From Candidatus Aminicenantes bacterium (GTDB lineage Bacteria; Acidobacteriota; Aminicenantia; Aminicenantales; JAFGBC01): a stretch of 64,000 nt of DNA. The translations under genes were made by a program, and so were the position numbers. The notes under the pieces are model-generated. The model had not been told where the DNA came from. It made no database searches and saw nothing but the letters and a program-made list of their open reading frames with translations. The stretch covers positions 2,496,001 through 2,560,000 of the forward strand of contig OY969696.1 of assembly GCA_963702005.1 (NCBI GenBank), written 5' to 3'. Of the stretch, positions 39,641 to 53,016 are shown piece by piece (the stretch's first letter is position 1; every line of letters starts with the position of its first letter).

Positions 39641-40321
39641 ATGACGACGAAGGCCCTGCGCGAGGAAATTCCCTATCGGCATATCGCCGTCGAGGGCGTC
39701 TTCAAGTCCGGCAAATCGAAGCTGGCTGGCCTGATCGCGCAGCGGCTGGGCGCCCGGGCCGCCCTCGACAAGACCGACAACCCCTACCTCAAGGATTTCT
39801 ACGATGAGAAAGAAGGGGCCTCCTTCCTGGCTCAGCTCGTCTTTCTCGTCAACCGCTACCACCAGCAGGCCCGTCTCGTTCAACGGGAGCTGTTCGAAGA
39901 CCGGATCGTCTGCGACTACCTGTTCGAGAAAGACAAAATCTACGCCTACCAGACCCTGACCGACGACGAGCTCGTCGTCTACGAGCGGATCTATACGATC
40001 CTCTCCGAGCGGGTCCCACGCCCCGATTTCGTCGTCTACCTCCAGATCTCGGTGCCGACACTCATCAAACGGATCGGCCGGGAAGGGAACCTTCTCGAGA
40101 AAAACGTCTCCGAGAAATATCTGGAGGACATCATCGAGGCCTACGATTATTTCTTTTTCAATTACCAGGCGACGCCGCTCCTGGTCGTCAAGGCCGACGA
40201 GCTGGATTTCAGCCGCGAAGAGGACGTCCTCGAGCTTCTGGACCAGGTCAAGCTGGTCAAAAAGAGCCCTCTTTTTTACGTGCCGTTGAGCCGTTCCAAC
40301 CGGAGTATTCCGAGGAGCTGA
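39641..40321 (+). CDS. Deoxynucleoside kinase family protein
   Basis: IAVEGVFKSGKS, NPYLKDFY, PDFVVYL; usual position upstream of panB. Confidence 0.85.
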   Translation: MTTKALREEIPYRHIAVEGVFKSGKSKLAGLIAQRLGARAALDKTDNPYLKDFYDEKEGASFLAQLVFLVNRYHQQARLVQRELFEDRIVCDYLFEKDKIYAYQTLTDDELVVYERIYTILSERVPRPDFVVYLQISVPTLIKRIGREGNLLEKNVSEKYLEDIIEAYDYFFFNYQATPLLVVKADELDFSREEDVLELLDQVKLVKKSPLFYVPLSRSNRSIPRS

Positions 40322-40376
40322 ATAGACTTTACCTCAATCCCGGACTCAGCCGGGATGGGGAGAAAGGAAAGCGCCG

Positions 40377-41252
40377 ATGTCGAATACGGATTCCCCCAAA
40401 ATCACGATCCCCTCTCTCCAGGCTAAAAAGGCCGCGCGGGAAAGGATCGTCGCGCTGACGGCCTACGACTTTCCCCAGGCCGCCTTGGTCGAAGAGGCCG
40501 GCGTCGACCTGATCCTGGTCGGCGATTCCCTGGGCATGGTCGTGCTGGGCTACCCGAACACGATCCCCGTCACCATGGAGGAGATGATCCACCACACCAA
40601 GGCCGTGAGCCGGGCCTGCCGGAGGGCCCTCGTCATTGGCGACATGCCCTATTTCTCGTTTCATCTATCCGCGGAGGAAACGATCCGGAACGCCTCCCGC
40701 TTCCTCAAGGAGGCGGGCGCCGGCGGCGTCAAGATCGAGGGCGCTTCGCCGCCCCGCTTGAGGCTGGTCCGGGCCTTGGTCGAAGCCGAGATCCCGGTCA
40801 TGGGACACGTCGGCCTGACCCCCCAGTCCATCCACCGTTTCGGCCAATACAAGGTCAAGGGCAAGGACGCGGCCGAAGCCGAGCGGATCCTGAAGGGCGC
40901 CCGCGCCCTGGAAGCGGCCGGGGCCTTCTCGGTCGTCCTCGAGTGCGTCCCGGCCGAGCTCGCGCGACTCGTGACCGAGTCCCTTTCCATTCCGACCATC
41001 GGCATCGGGGCCGGGCCCGACTGCGACGGCCAGATCCTGGTCTTTCACGACCTTCTCGGTTTCTCGACCGGCTATCTCCCCAAGTTCGTCCGGACCTACG
41101 CGAACCTGGGGGAGGTCATCGGCGGCGCCGTCAAGCGCTACGCGGAAGATGTCCGGCGAGGATCTTTCCCGGACGACGAGCATTCCTACCATCTCCCGGC
41201 CGAGACGCTCCGGACACTCTCCTCGAAGAGGGTGGGGGCGAAAAAACCATGA
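40377..41252 (+). CDS. panB: 3-methyl-2-oxobutanoate hydroxymethyltransferase
   Basis: LTAYD, LVGDSLG, GDMP, VKIEG, GHVGLTPQS, DGQILV. Confidence 0.97.
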   Translation: MSNTDSPKITIPSLQAKKAARERIVALTAYDFPQAALVEEAGVDLILVGDSLGMVVLGYPNTIPVTMEEMIHHTKAVSRACRRALVIGDMPYFSFHLSAEETIRNASRFLKEAGAGGVKIEGASPPRLRLVRALVEAEIPVMGHVGLTPQSIHRFGQYKVKGKDAAEAERILKGARALEAAGAFSVVLECVPAELARLVTESLSIPTIGIGAGPDCDGQILVFHDLLGFSTGYLPKFVRTYANLGEVIGGAVKRYAEDVRRGSFPDDEHSYHLPAETLRTLSSKRVGAKKP

Positions 41253-42103
41253 AGATCATCGAAACGATCGAGGAGATGCGGACGGCCGTCCGCGATTTCA
41301 AATCCGCCGGGCCGACAGTCGGGTTTGTCCCGACCATGGGCTATCTCCATCAGGGGCACCTGAGCCTGGTTCGGGCATCCCGGGCGAAAACGGACCGCAC
41401 CGTGGTCAGCATCTTCGTCAACCCGATTCAATTCGGTCCCGCAGAAGACCTCGACCGCTACCCGCGGGACCTCGGCCGGGACCGGGCCCTGCTCGAGAGG
41501 GAGGGCGTCGACCTGCTCTTCCATCCGGCAACCGAAGAGATCTACCCGGCCGGTTTTAGGACGACGGTCGAGGTCCGCGACCTCCAAGACCGCCTGTGCG
41601 GCGCGTCGCGGCCCGGCCATTTCCGCGGCGTTTGCACGGTCGTCATGAAGCTTTTTCAGATCGTCCGACCCGATGTCGCCTTTTTCGGCCAAAAGGACGC
41701 CCAGCAGGCGGTCATCATCAGGCGGATGGCCCGGGACATGGACTTGGACCTCGAGGTTGACGTCCGGCCCACGGTCCGCGAGCCGGACGGGCTGGCTATG
41801 AGCTCGCGGAACAGCTATCTCTCGGCCGAGGAGCGAAAGGCTGCCCGCGTCCTGTTCCAGGGCTTGGAGTTGGCGAGGGCCATGGCCGAAGCGGGGGAGG
41901 AGGATGCCGCCGCGATTGTCGACGCGGTGCGCGGACTCGTCGGCCGGGAACCGCTCACCCGGGTCGATTACGTCGAGGTCGTCGATCCCGAAGAGCTCGT
42001 TCCGCTCGGCCGGATCGCGGACGAGGCCCTGGTGGCCCTGGCCGTCTTCGTCGGTACAACCCGTCTCATCGACAACGCCGTCATTCGTCCCAAGGAGTCG
42101 TGA
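41249..42103 (+). CDS. panC: Pantoate-beta-alanine ligase
   Basis: VPTMGYLHQGH, SIFVNPIQF, RPGHF.GV, FGQKD, GLAMSSRN, RLIDN; ATGA overlap with panB. Confidence 0.97.
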   Translation: MKIIETIEEMRTAVRDFKSAGPTVGFVPTMGYLHQGHLSLVRASRAKTDRTVVSIFVNPIQFGPAEDLDRYPRDLGRDRALLEREGVDLLFHPATEEIYPAGFRTTVEVRDLQDRLCGASRPGHFRGVCTVVMKLFQIVRPDVAFFGQKDAQQAVIIRRMARDMDLDLEVDVRPTVREPDGLAMSSRNSYLSAEERKAARVLFQGLELARAMAEAGEEDAAAIVDAVRGLVGREPLTRVDYVEVVDPEELVPLGRIADEALVALAVFVGTTRLIDNAVIRPKES

Positions 42104-42107
42104 GATC

Positions 42108-42464
42108 ATGAAACGAACGCTGCTCAACTCTAAAATACACCAGGCCGTCGTCAGCGAAGCCGACCTCGAATACGAGGGAAGCCTCAAGGTCGACGAAGGC
42201 CTTCTCCAGGCCGCCGGGATGATTCCCTACGAACGGGTCGAGGTCTACAACCTGACGAACGGCGAGCGGTTCGCGACCTACCTCATCAAAGGGGAGAAAG
42301 GATCGGGGATCATTTCCGTGAACGGCGCGGCCGCCCACAAAGCCAAGCCCGGGGACCGGATCATCATCACGACCTATGTCCAACTCGAAGAGGACGAGAT
42401 CGAATTCTTCATGCCGCGAGTCGTCCTCGTCGATCCGGACAACCGCGTCTCGGAGATCCGCTGA
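42108..42464 (+). CDS. panD: Aspartate 1-decarboxylase
   Basis: SKIH, YEG/S self-cleavage site, NGERFATY, NGAAA. Confidence 0.96.
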   Translation: MKRTLLNSKIHQAVVSEADLEYEGSLKVDEGLLQAAGMIPYERVEVYNLTNGERFATYLIKGEKGSGIISVNGAAAHKAKPGDRIIITTYVQLEEDEIEFFMPRVVLVDPDNRVSEIR

Positions 42465-42487
42465 GGAGCCCGGGCCGGGCCTGCCCG

Positions 42488-42766
42488 TCAGCGGAGCGCC
42501 CAGGCCTTGAGGACCTCGTAGTCGACCTCGCCGCAAAGGAGGTCGTTCGTCTCGGTATTGAGGAAGGTCGGAGTCCGGAGCTGGCCGCCGCATTTGGGCG
42601 CGATGACGGTCCTGTAGGACCTCATCAGGTCGGCGTTTTTCTCGTCGTGCCAGATTTCGAGCCGCTCCGGGGCGACGCCGGTTTCCTTCTCGAGCCGGTC
42701 GACCAAGGGGAGCATCCTCTGGCAGTGGGGGCATTCCCGGGCGTAAAAGAGGATAAGCTTCTTCAT
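42488..42766 (-). CDS. Thioredoxin/glutaredoxin-like protein
   Basis: ECPHC active site, cis-Pro motif TPTF; AGGAGG RBS. Confidence 0.85.
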   Translation of the reverse strand: MKKLILFYARECPHCQRMLPLVDRLEKETGVAPERLEIWHDEKNADLMRSYRTVIAPKCGGQLRTPTFLNTETNDLLCGEVDYEVLKAWALR

Positions 42767-42770
42767 GGTC

Positions 42771-43199
42771 TTACCTCCTGACAAAAAGCCCGCACCAGCA
42801 TTCTCCGGCCGCGCGCCAGGTGTCATGGGCCAGGAAATTACAGGGGCAGACCATCTTGAGATCCTCGGCCGGGTCCTTGCAGATAAGCCGGCAGGGACAA
42901 TACTTCAGGCCGTAACGGCGTTCGTTGGCGAAGATCCCCTCGAGGAGCATCCGGACCTTCTCCTCGTCGGGAGAGACATGAAACTCGTTGTCCCGGGCGA
43001 AGGCCTCAATCGCGGCGCGAAACTCGGTCGGCCCCATGGCCGGGACCCGGGCGGCCGCCATCGCGTCCGCCATGATCTTCGCCTCGGCCGCCGTGACCTC
43101 GACGTAGGCGTTCCGGACCAGGCAGGTCGGGCAGACCTCGGGGGGACGGAGCCCGACGTGGATGTCGTTGCAGACGAAACAGCGCCAATACCGCTTCAT
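42771..43199 (-). CDS. Ferredoxin:thioredoxin-reductase catalytic-subunit-like protein with an N-terminal rubredoxin-like domain
   Basis: WRCFVC...CPTC, then YCPCR...VCPC...CWCGLF; GGAGG RBS. Confidence 0.85.
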   Translation of the reverse strand: MKRYWRCFVCNDIHVGLRPPEVCPTCLVRNAYVEVTAAEAKIMADAMAAARVPAMGPTEFRAAIEAFARDNEFHVSPDEEKVRMLLEGIFANERRYGLKYCPCRLICKDPAEDLKMVCPCNFLAHDTWRAAGECWCGLFVRR

Positions 43200-43212
43200 G
43201 GCCCCTCCTAGG

Positions 43213-43926
43213 TCATAAAGACTCGAGGAAGGCCAGCAGATCCTGGATCTGCTCTTCGGACAACGTATTAAAGGGAGGCATGTTTCCAATCGGACGGATA
43301 AGCTGGGATCGGACGTTATCCAGGGTCGCCGGCCTTCCGCTCGCGGGGAGCTTGTCTTTCTTGAGGATACCCTTGAGCCCTGGACCCGCGGCGGACGCCT
43401 CGTTTTGGGCATGGTGACAGCCCGCGCAATGAGTCGCGAACAAGGCGGCGCCCCGCCGGGCGGTATCCTGGAGGCGGGCAGGATCGCCCGATAGGACCCG
43501 GGTCTGCCGATGGAGCGGAACATTTCTTACGATGGTGAATCCGGCCGAGAGACAGAATATGAGAAAGGCCAGAAAGAATACCGTCATCCCCATGACGGGG
43601 ACGTGCTTAAGGAATTGACGGTAAAACCTGATAAACAAAACCTTTAAAGTCAGGATCGCGACAAGAGCGAGCCCCAGAACCGCATGAAGGACTCCCCGCA
43701 GCGGAAGACCGTCCCCGGCCGCGCGGACGATCTTGGCGCCGAGCAAGGCCAGAATCAGGAAGAGGACGGCGAAGATGAACCCGGCCGTCCTGTGGATTCT
43801 CCTCAGGACGAGGGGATCGGTCTTATGTTCGGCGCGCCCCATCAGACTCAGCATGGACAGCAGGGCGGTTAAGCCCGCCGTCATTAGGACCGTCCCCAGA
43901 ATGAGTTTGATGACATGGAGGGACAT
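43213..43926 (-). CDS. Membrane protein (4 TM, conserved His) with a C-terminal cytochrome c domain
   Basis: TM helices carrying His (IHR, LHA), CAGCH heme motif, distal Met in GNMPPF. Confidence 0.82.
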   Translation of the reverse strand: MSLHVIKLILGTVLMTAGLTALLSMLSLMGRAEHKTDPLVLRRIHRTAGFIFAVLFLILALLGAKIVRAAGDGLPLRGVLHAVLGLALVAILTLKVLFIRFYRQFLKHVPVMGMTVFFLAFLIFCLSAGFTIVRNVPLHRQTRVLSGDPARLQDTARRGAALFATHCAGCHHAQNEASAAGPGLKGILKKDKLPASGRPATLDNVRSQLIRPIGNMPPFNTLSEEQIQDLLAFLESL

Positions 43927-43937
43927 GGCCGACCTCG

Positions 43938-48021
<4,084 letters not shown>

Positions 48022-48240
48022 TTGTCTATTTTTAACAAAAACACCCCGCCTTGTCAATTTGGCCGGGGGCCGGAGAAGGTATTCCGCCAAAAACCGCCCG
48101 ATCGGGTTGTATCCCTTTTTTAATTTTCCCGTGATAGTCGACCGAACGAGTCTCATATTCCTGCAGGAACTGCTTGAGATGATGGAACAGCACTCGATAG
48201 AGGACGGTCCGCGCCTAGGCTTACCTGAGCCCGTAAAATC

Positions 48241-48270
48241 TTGACAAAAGGCTTAATCTGTAAGCATAAT
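48241..48270 (+). promoter_or_regulatory. sigma70-like promoter for the LTA-synthase-family gene
   Basis: TTGACA-18 bp-CATAAT. Confidence 0.6.
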
Positions 48271-48357
48271 CACCGAATAAGTCAAGGCGAGCAATGGAAA
48301 TGCCAGACAGTCATGTGACCAGCGGTGTCCGGTTTTGAAGCATGATAAGGGAAAAAA

Positions 48358-50529
48358 GTGTCAAAAGAAAAAACGGTTTTTCCTTTTGTGCTCATCACGT
48401 TCTCCATTTTCCTTCTATTCTTCCTCAGCATAAGAATTTATCTCGTTTATTCAGGAAATGTTCCAGGAAGCTTCTCGTTTTCTGAAGTCCTGGCCGGTTT
48501 CCTGGAAGATGTTTTTTTGGCTTCCGCCTTGTCTCTTTCAACCCTTCTGACGCTCTCCCTAAGCAAGGCCCTCTATCTTCTGCTCGTTTTTCCCCTGAAC
48601 TTGATCGTCGTCATAACCTGCTATGCAAACCTCCAGTATGTGAATTTTTTTGGAGAAAACCTCGCGTTGTTTGATCTTGAATATATCAGGAACCTCGGCA
48701 GCGTCTGGAAATTTTCGTTGAATCACATTTGGATTCGACGGGGAGAACCCTTCTTTCTCATCCTGCCCCTTTTAGCGATCTTGGCCGAGCTTGTTGTATT
48801 GCTGAAAACAAAGATCAGAAAATATCCGGCGGCGAAATTTCTGATTTTATCATCGGCCTTGCTCGGCCTTTCGCTAGCGACATTTTGGGGAGGAGAAGCC
48901 CTGGCCAATAAAGAGAATAAACTGGGTTTTCATCAGAACAATTATTTTGTGGAGATGATCAAGGGGATCCCTCGTCTTCGTAATTTCATCAAGGCTCGCC
49001 AGGATATCAAAAAGCTTAAAATAATAGCCAAGGAGCAAGAAACGAGCCCGGGTCATCAGGAGGCGTTGAATCACAATCACGAAGAATTGAGCCTGGGAAA
49101 ATTATATCTGAAGGAACGACCCGTCCCTCTTCCCGAGGATTATGTTTGGTATAGTGAAAATTATCCTTTTATCAAGATTCCCAGAAGAGACGCCGTCCGT
49201 ATGGGTCTTTTATCCGGAGGCGAAGAGGCCGATAGGACGGCCTTCCGCACTCCAACCAAGCTTGTCCGCAACGTTGTTTTTATTTTCATGGAAAGCTTCC
49301 GCTCCAAAGAGATCGACCTGTTTGGCAGCCCTTATTCTCTGACCCGTTCGCCGACGCTAAGCCCTGCCTTTCAAGGCGGGGATGAGAAGCGAGGCTCAGG
49401 GTTAACCCCTAACAAGCCCCGGCCTTCAAGCCGGGGAGTCGAGGGGTTGACTCCTAATTTTGACGCTCTAGCTTCTAAGGGTATTTTATTCAATAATTTT
49501 TATGGACATTCCGATTTAACCGCCGGCGCGGAGTTCTCAACGATATGTTCCTTCTATGAAGTCTTCAAAGGAATCGATGCCATGAGGGGTCATCCCCAGG
49601 ATGCCCTTTTTTCTTTGCCGGAAATATTGAGTCTCCTCGGATACACAAATTACTGGATCAATTCCTGGTCGGCCGATTTCGATAATTCCAGGAATTTTTT
49701 CAGCCTCCATGGCAATTTCCAGTTCGTCGATAAATATGCTTTTCCCCTGAATGCAGCGAAGGCGGGGGGGCATTATGATGATGAAGAAATTATGAAGATG
49801 GCCGTCGAAACTATGGATAAAGCCCGGAGACCGTTTTTTGCCATGATCTTGACGGCCACCAATCATATGCCCTACCGGGTGCCGGAAAAGAAATTTGAGC
49901 TCGGGCTGGGGGACGGTCTTTTCAGCCGCTATTTGGACACCTTTCATTATTCAGATTACGCCTTGGGCCGTTTTTTCGAGCTGGTTCGAAACAAAGATTA
50001 TTTCAAGAACACCCTTTTCTTTGTATTCGCGGACACGGGCGATAATCGATCGATCAAGGCCATGAAATCGCTCCCTGAGTACTTCGAGAATATTTATCAT
50101 ATTCCCCTTCTGATCTATGATCCTTCGGAGGAAACAGGAAGGGTCGTTAAGGAAATCGGCGGCCAGGTGGATATCGCTCCGACCGTTTTGGACCTGCTGG
50201 GGATACAAATCGCCACTCCTTTTGTCGGGCAAAGTCTGTTGCAGAAAAGAATGACTCCCTTTTATTTATCCTATCACGGCCGGGACAATCCCTCCGTATT
50301 TTTTTCTAGTGAATCTTTGCTCTTACGCTATAACCTTGAAAATGAACAGTGTGAGGCATTTGATCGGAAGAACGGCGAAAGAGTCGATTTAAGCCCGAGC
50401 GAACGCCAGAAAATTATTTCCACGATCAGGGAGATGGTCACATTGGGGGATTGGTCATTTTTTAATGACAAGATCTGGGATCCCAAAATCAATCAATTTT
50501 ACAAGAACCTCTATAAAAAAGGCTCCTAG
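48358..50529 (+). CDS. LTA synthase / phosphoglycerol transferase (sulfatase superfamily) with a 36-aa in-frame insertion
   Basis: About 5 N-terminal TMs; NVVFIFMESF, TPNFD.L, catalytic Thr in DLTAGAEFS, TNHMPY, YSD..LG, QVDIAPT; lower GC than flanks. Confidence 0.85.
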   Translation: MSKEKTVFPFVLITFSIFLLFFLSIRIYLVYSGNVPGSFSFSEVLAGFLEDVFLASALSLSTLLTLSLSKALYLLLVFPLNLIVVITCYANLQYVNFFGENLALFDLEYIRNLGSVWKFSLNHIWIRRGEPFFLILPLLAILAELVVLLKTKIRKYPAAKFLILSSALLGLSLATFWGGEALANKENKLGFHQNNYFVEMIKGIPRLRNFIKARQDIKKLKIIAKEQETSPGHQEALNHNHEELSLGKLYLKERPVPLPEDYVWYSENYPFIKIPRRDAVRMGLLSGGEEADRTAFRTPTKLVRNVVFIFMESFRSKEIDLFGSPYSLTRSPTLSPAFQGGDEKRGSGLTPNKPRPSSRGVEGLTPNFDALASKGILFNNFYGHSDLTAGAEFSTICSFYEVFKGIDAMRGHPQDALFSLPEILSLLGYTNYWINSWSADFDNSRNFFSLHGNFQFVDKYAFPLNAAKAGGHYDDEEIMKMAVETMDKARRPFFAMILTATNHMPYRVPEKKFELGLGDGLFSRYLDTFHYSDYALGRFFELVRNKDYFKNTLFFVFADTGDNRSIKAMKSLPEYFENIYHIPLLIYDPSEETGRVVKEIGGQVDIAPTVLDLLGIQIATPFVGQSLLQKRMTPFYLSYHGRDNPSVFFSSESLLLRYNLENEQCEAFDRKNGERVDLSPSERQKIISTIREMVTLGDWSFFNDKIWDPKINQFYKNLYKKGS
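49340..49451 (+). mobile_element. Miniature TGAC-bounded element, long form (net 108 bp), copy C, in frame inside a CDS
   Basis: TGAC at 49340 and 49448; hairpins CCCTGCC-TTTCAA-GGCGGGG and CCCCGGC-CTTCAA-GCCGGGG; central GGGTTAACCC palindrome; GC-rich patch in an AT-richer gene. Confidence 0.85.
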
Positions 50530-50556
50530 AGATTTCCGTTTTCAGGGAGGATTAGA

Positions 50557-51609
50557 GTGAAAACTTTGATAAGATTCCTGACCGTGGCCTTAATGGTTGC
50601 GGCCCTGGCCGCCCAGGACGTTCGGCCAATCCGCGATGATGTCGGCTTTTGCTGGAACCCGGCCAGCATGCAAAAGCTCGTGGACTATCTCCAGTGCGAG
50701 GAGAAAGAGAGCTATGAAGCCGAAGGACTGCTGGCCGCCATTGTTCCCCATGATGATTACCTCTACGCCGGCCGCGTGTACTATCCGCTGTATAAGGTTT
50801 TAAGGGCCAAGGAAGTCGTCATCTTCGGAGTTACCCACGCCACGGTCCGCAAGGAGATCGGCGACCCGCACAACATCCTGATCCTGGACGAGTTCAAGCT
50901 CTGGCAGGGCCTGAACGAGCCCCTCGCCATTTCCGAACTTCGGGAATACCTGAAGGAGCATCTGGATAAGTCGACTTATTTGGTCAACAACAAAGCCCAG
51001 ACCATCGAGCATTCGATCGAAGCTCAGGTCCCCTGGCTCCAATATTTCAACCCCGGCATCAAGATCACGCCGATCATGGTCACGGGCATGCCCTTCGAGA
51101 AAATGGACGAGGTCTCAACAAAGGTCGCAGAAGTCATCGCAACCTACCTTAAAGAGAAAGGACTCGTCGCGGGCAAAGATGTTTTCTTTTTGATCTCGTC
51201 CGACGGCAATCATTATGGCCAGGACTTCAACAACTCACCCTTCGGCGAGGGCGAGCTTGCCTGGAGAACGGCCCGGGAGCTCGACCAGAGGATCATCCGT
51301 GATTATCTGACGGGCATCATGGATAAGGGCAAGGTCGAGGGACTGACCAAGGAACTCTGGGGCAAGACCTATCTCGATTATCGCAACACCTACTGGTGCG
51401 GCAAATACTCGATACCCTTCGGCCTCCTGGCGACCCAGAAAATCATCAACCTGACTATGAACAAAAAAATCGGCGGAACGCTGTTCCGGTACTCCGATAC
51501 TTACAACGAGGGCGTGTTACCGCTGACAAAGACCGGAATGGGAACGACCGCGCCCTTCTCGCTGCGCCACTGGGTCAGCTTCTGTTCCATAGGATATTAT
51601 TTAGAGTAA
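50557..51609 (+). CDS. MEMO1 family (AmmeMemoRadiSam protein B-like) protein with a signal peptide
   Basis: IVPHDDYLYAG, GVTH, EHSIE.Q.PWLQ, ISSDGNHYG, WCG. Confidence 0.82.
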   Translation: MKTLIRFLTVALMVAALAAQDVRPIRDDVGFCWNPASMQKLVDYLQCEEKESYEAEGLLAAIVPHDDYLYAGRVYYPLYKVLRAKEVVIFGVTHATVRKEIGDPHNILILDEFKLWQGLNEPLAISELREYLKEHLDKSTYLVNNKAQTIEHSIEAQVPWLQYFNPGIKITPIMVTGMPFEKMDEVSTKVAEVIATYLKEKGLVAGKDVFFLISSDGNHYGQDFNNSPFGEGELAWRTARELDQRIIRDYLTGIMDKGKVEGLTKELWGKTYLDYRNTYWCGKYSIPFGLLATQKIINLTMNKKIGGTLFRYSDTYNEGVLPLTKTGMGTTAPFSLRHWVSFCSIGYYLE

Positions 51610-51689
51610 AAAGCAAATTCCCGGTCGTACGCTTTCTCGGGTTGAAAAAGAATAAGCTGCCGGCTGAACGCAATAAAGGGATCAAAGAT

Positions 51690-51760
51690 TTGTCCTTTGT
51701 CGGGCTGGCCGTACTTCCCTATGAAGCGGCCAAGGCCGTTTGGTATCTTCTGAGCCTTTG
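51690..51760 (+). repeat. Orphan 71-bp duplicate of an internal segment of the GT87 gene (54411-54481)
   Basis: 66/71 identity by manual alignment; encodes FVGLAVLPYEAAKAVWYLLSLC. Confidence 0.85.
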
Positions 51761-51884
51761 CCTCGATTTTTCAATTCGTTGACATTTCCAATCGGCCGAT
51801 AATATATTAGGAACGACTCAGGCAACCTGAATACCGAGTTCAAAGAGATGAATTTATTGCTATGATAAATCGGAGGAAACAGCG

Positions 51885-53006
51885 ATGAAAGTCCCATTTT
51901 ATGGTCACGTGAGACAGTACCAGAGCATCAAGAACGAAATTGATGCCAAAATACAGGATGTCATTATGAGCGGCCAGTTTGTGCAGGGCCCCATGCTGAA
52001 AAAGTTCGAAGAAGAGCTTGCGGCCTATGCAGGCGCCAAGTACGCCATCGGCGTCGGCAACGGCACCGATGCCCTCTGGCTCACCTTCATGGCTCTGGGC
52101 CTGGGCCAAGGCGATGAGCTGATTACCAACGCCAATACCTTCTTTGCGACCGCAGAAGCGATGTGGATCGCCGGTTGCAGCGCCGTGCTGGTTGACTGCG
52201 ACCCGAAGACCAAGTGCCTCGATCCGGAAGCGGCCCGAAAAGCGGTCAGCAAGCGCACCAAGGCCATCGTGCCGGTTCACCTGTATGGCCAGTGTGCTCC
52301 GATGCGCGAGATTCGCCGGATTGCCGACGAATACGGCCTGTTCATAGTCGAAGACAATGCTCAGGGCATTGACGCCCACGGCGACGACTTCAAGATCGGG
52401 GAGCTCTCAGATGCCGTCACCGTCAGCTTCATCATCCAGAAGAACCTGGGCACCTTCGGTGACGGCGGCGCGATCTGGACGAACCATAAGTCTATCGACG
52501 ATAAGGTCCGCAAATTGCGCAATCACGGCTCCGCTAAGCGGGACGTGCACAGCTATGGTTTCAACAGCCGTCTGGACGACCTGCACGCCGGTATCCTGAG
52601 CGCGAAGCTCAAACATATTAAAGAGTGGAGCGACCGCCGGATCGATATCGCCAACAAGTTCACAAGCGGCCTAAAGGACTGCGCCTTTCTCGACCTGCCG
52701 TACATCCGGCCGGGCTATCGCCATGTGTTCCACCTGTACGTGATCGAAACCAAGAATCCGGCCGATCGCGACAAGCTGCTAGACTGCCTGGTCAAGAACG
52801 GCATCGATGCCAAGACCCATTACTCCATCGCAATTCATCGTCAGGATGGTTTCCCCTGGGGCAAGGATGCGCGCCTGGCCGGACCCCTGACCCATGCGGA
52901 AAAGAACGCCGCCTCCTGCATTTCGCTGCCGATGTTCCCGGAATTGACGGAAGAGGAAATCCAGTACACTATCCAGGTCGTTCGCGACTGGGCCAAGAAC
53001 AAGTAA
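51885..53006 (+). CDS. DegT/DnrJ/EryC1/StrS aminotransferase
   Basis: NGTDAL, PVHLYGQ, VEDNAQ, SFIIQKNLG (PLP Lys), GFNSRLD, HVFHLYV, SLPMFP. Confidence 0.92.
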   Translation: MKVPFYGHVRQYQSIKNEIDAKIQDVIMSGQFVQGPMLKKFEEELAAYAGAKYAIGVGNGTDALWLTFMALGLGQGDELITNANTFFATAEAMWIAGCSAVLVDCDPKTKCLDPEAARKAVSKRTKAIVPVHLYGQCAPMREIRRIADEYGLFIVEDNAQGIDAHGDDFKIGELSDAVTVSFIIQKNLGTFGDGGAIWTNHKSIDDKVRKLRNHGSAKRDVHSYGFNSRLDDLHAGILSAKLKHIKEWSDRRIDIANKFTSGLKDCAFLDLPYIRPGYRHVFHLYVIETKNPADRDKLLDCLVKNGIDAKTHYSIAIHRQDGFPWGKDARLAGPLTHAEKNAASCISLPMFPELTEEEIQYTIQVVRDWAKNK

Positions 53007-53016
53007 AGAAGGAGCC

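Noticed and set aside
49340-49451. Insertion as an intein or a group I/II intron
   Set aside because: Only 36 aa/108 nt, with no Cys/Ser...His-Asn intein ends and no room for a ribozyme core.
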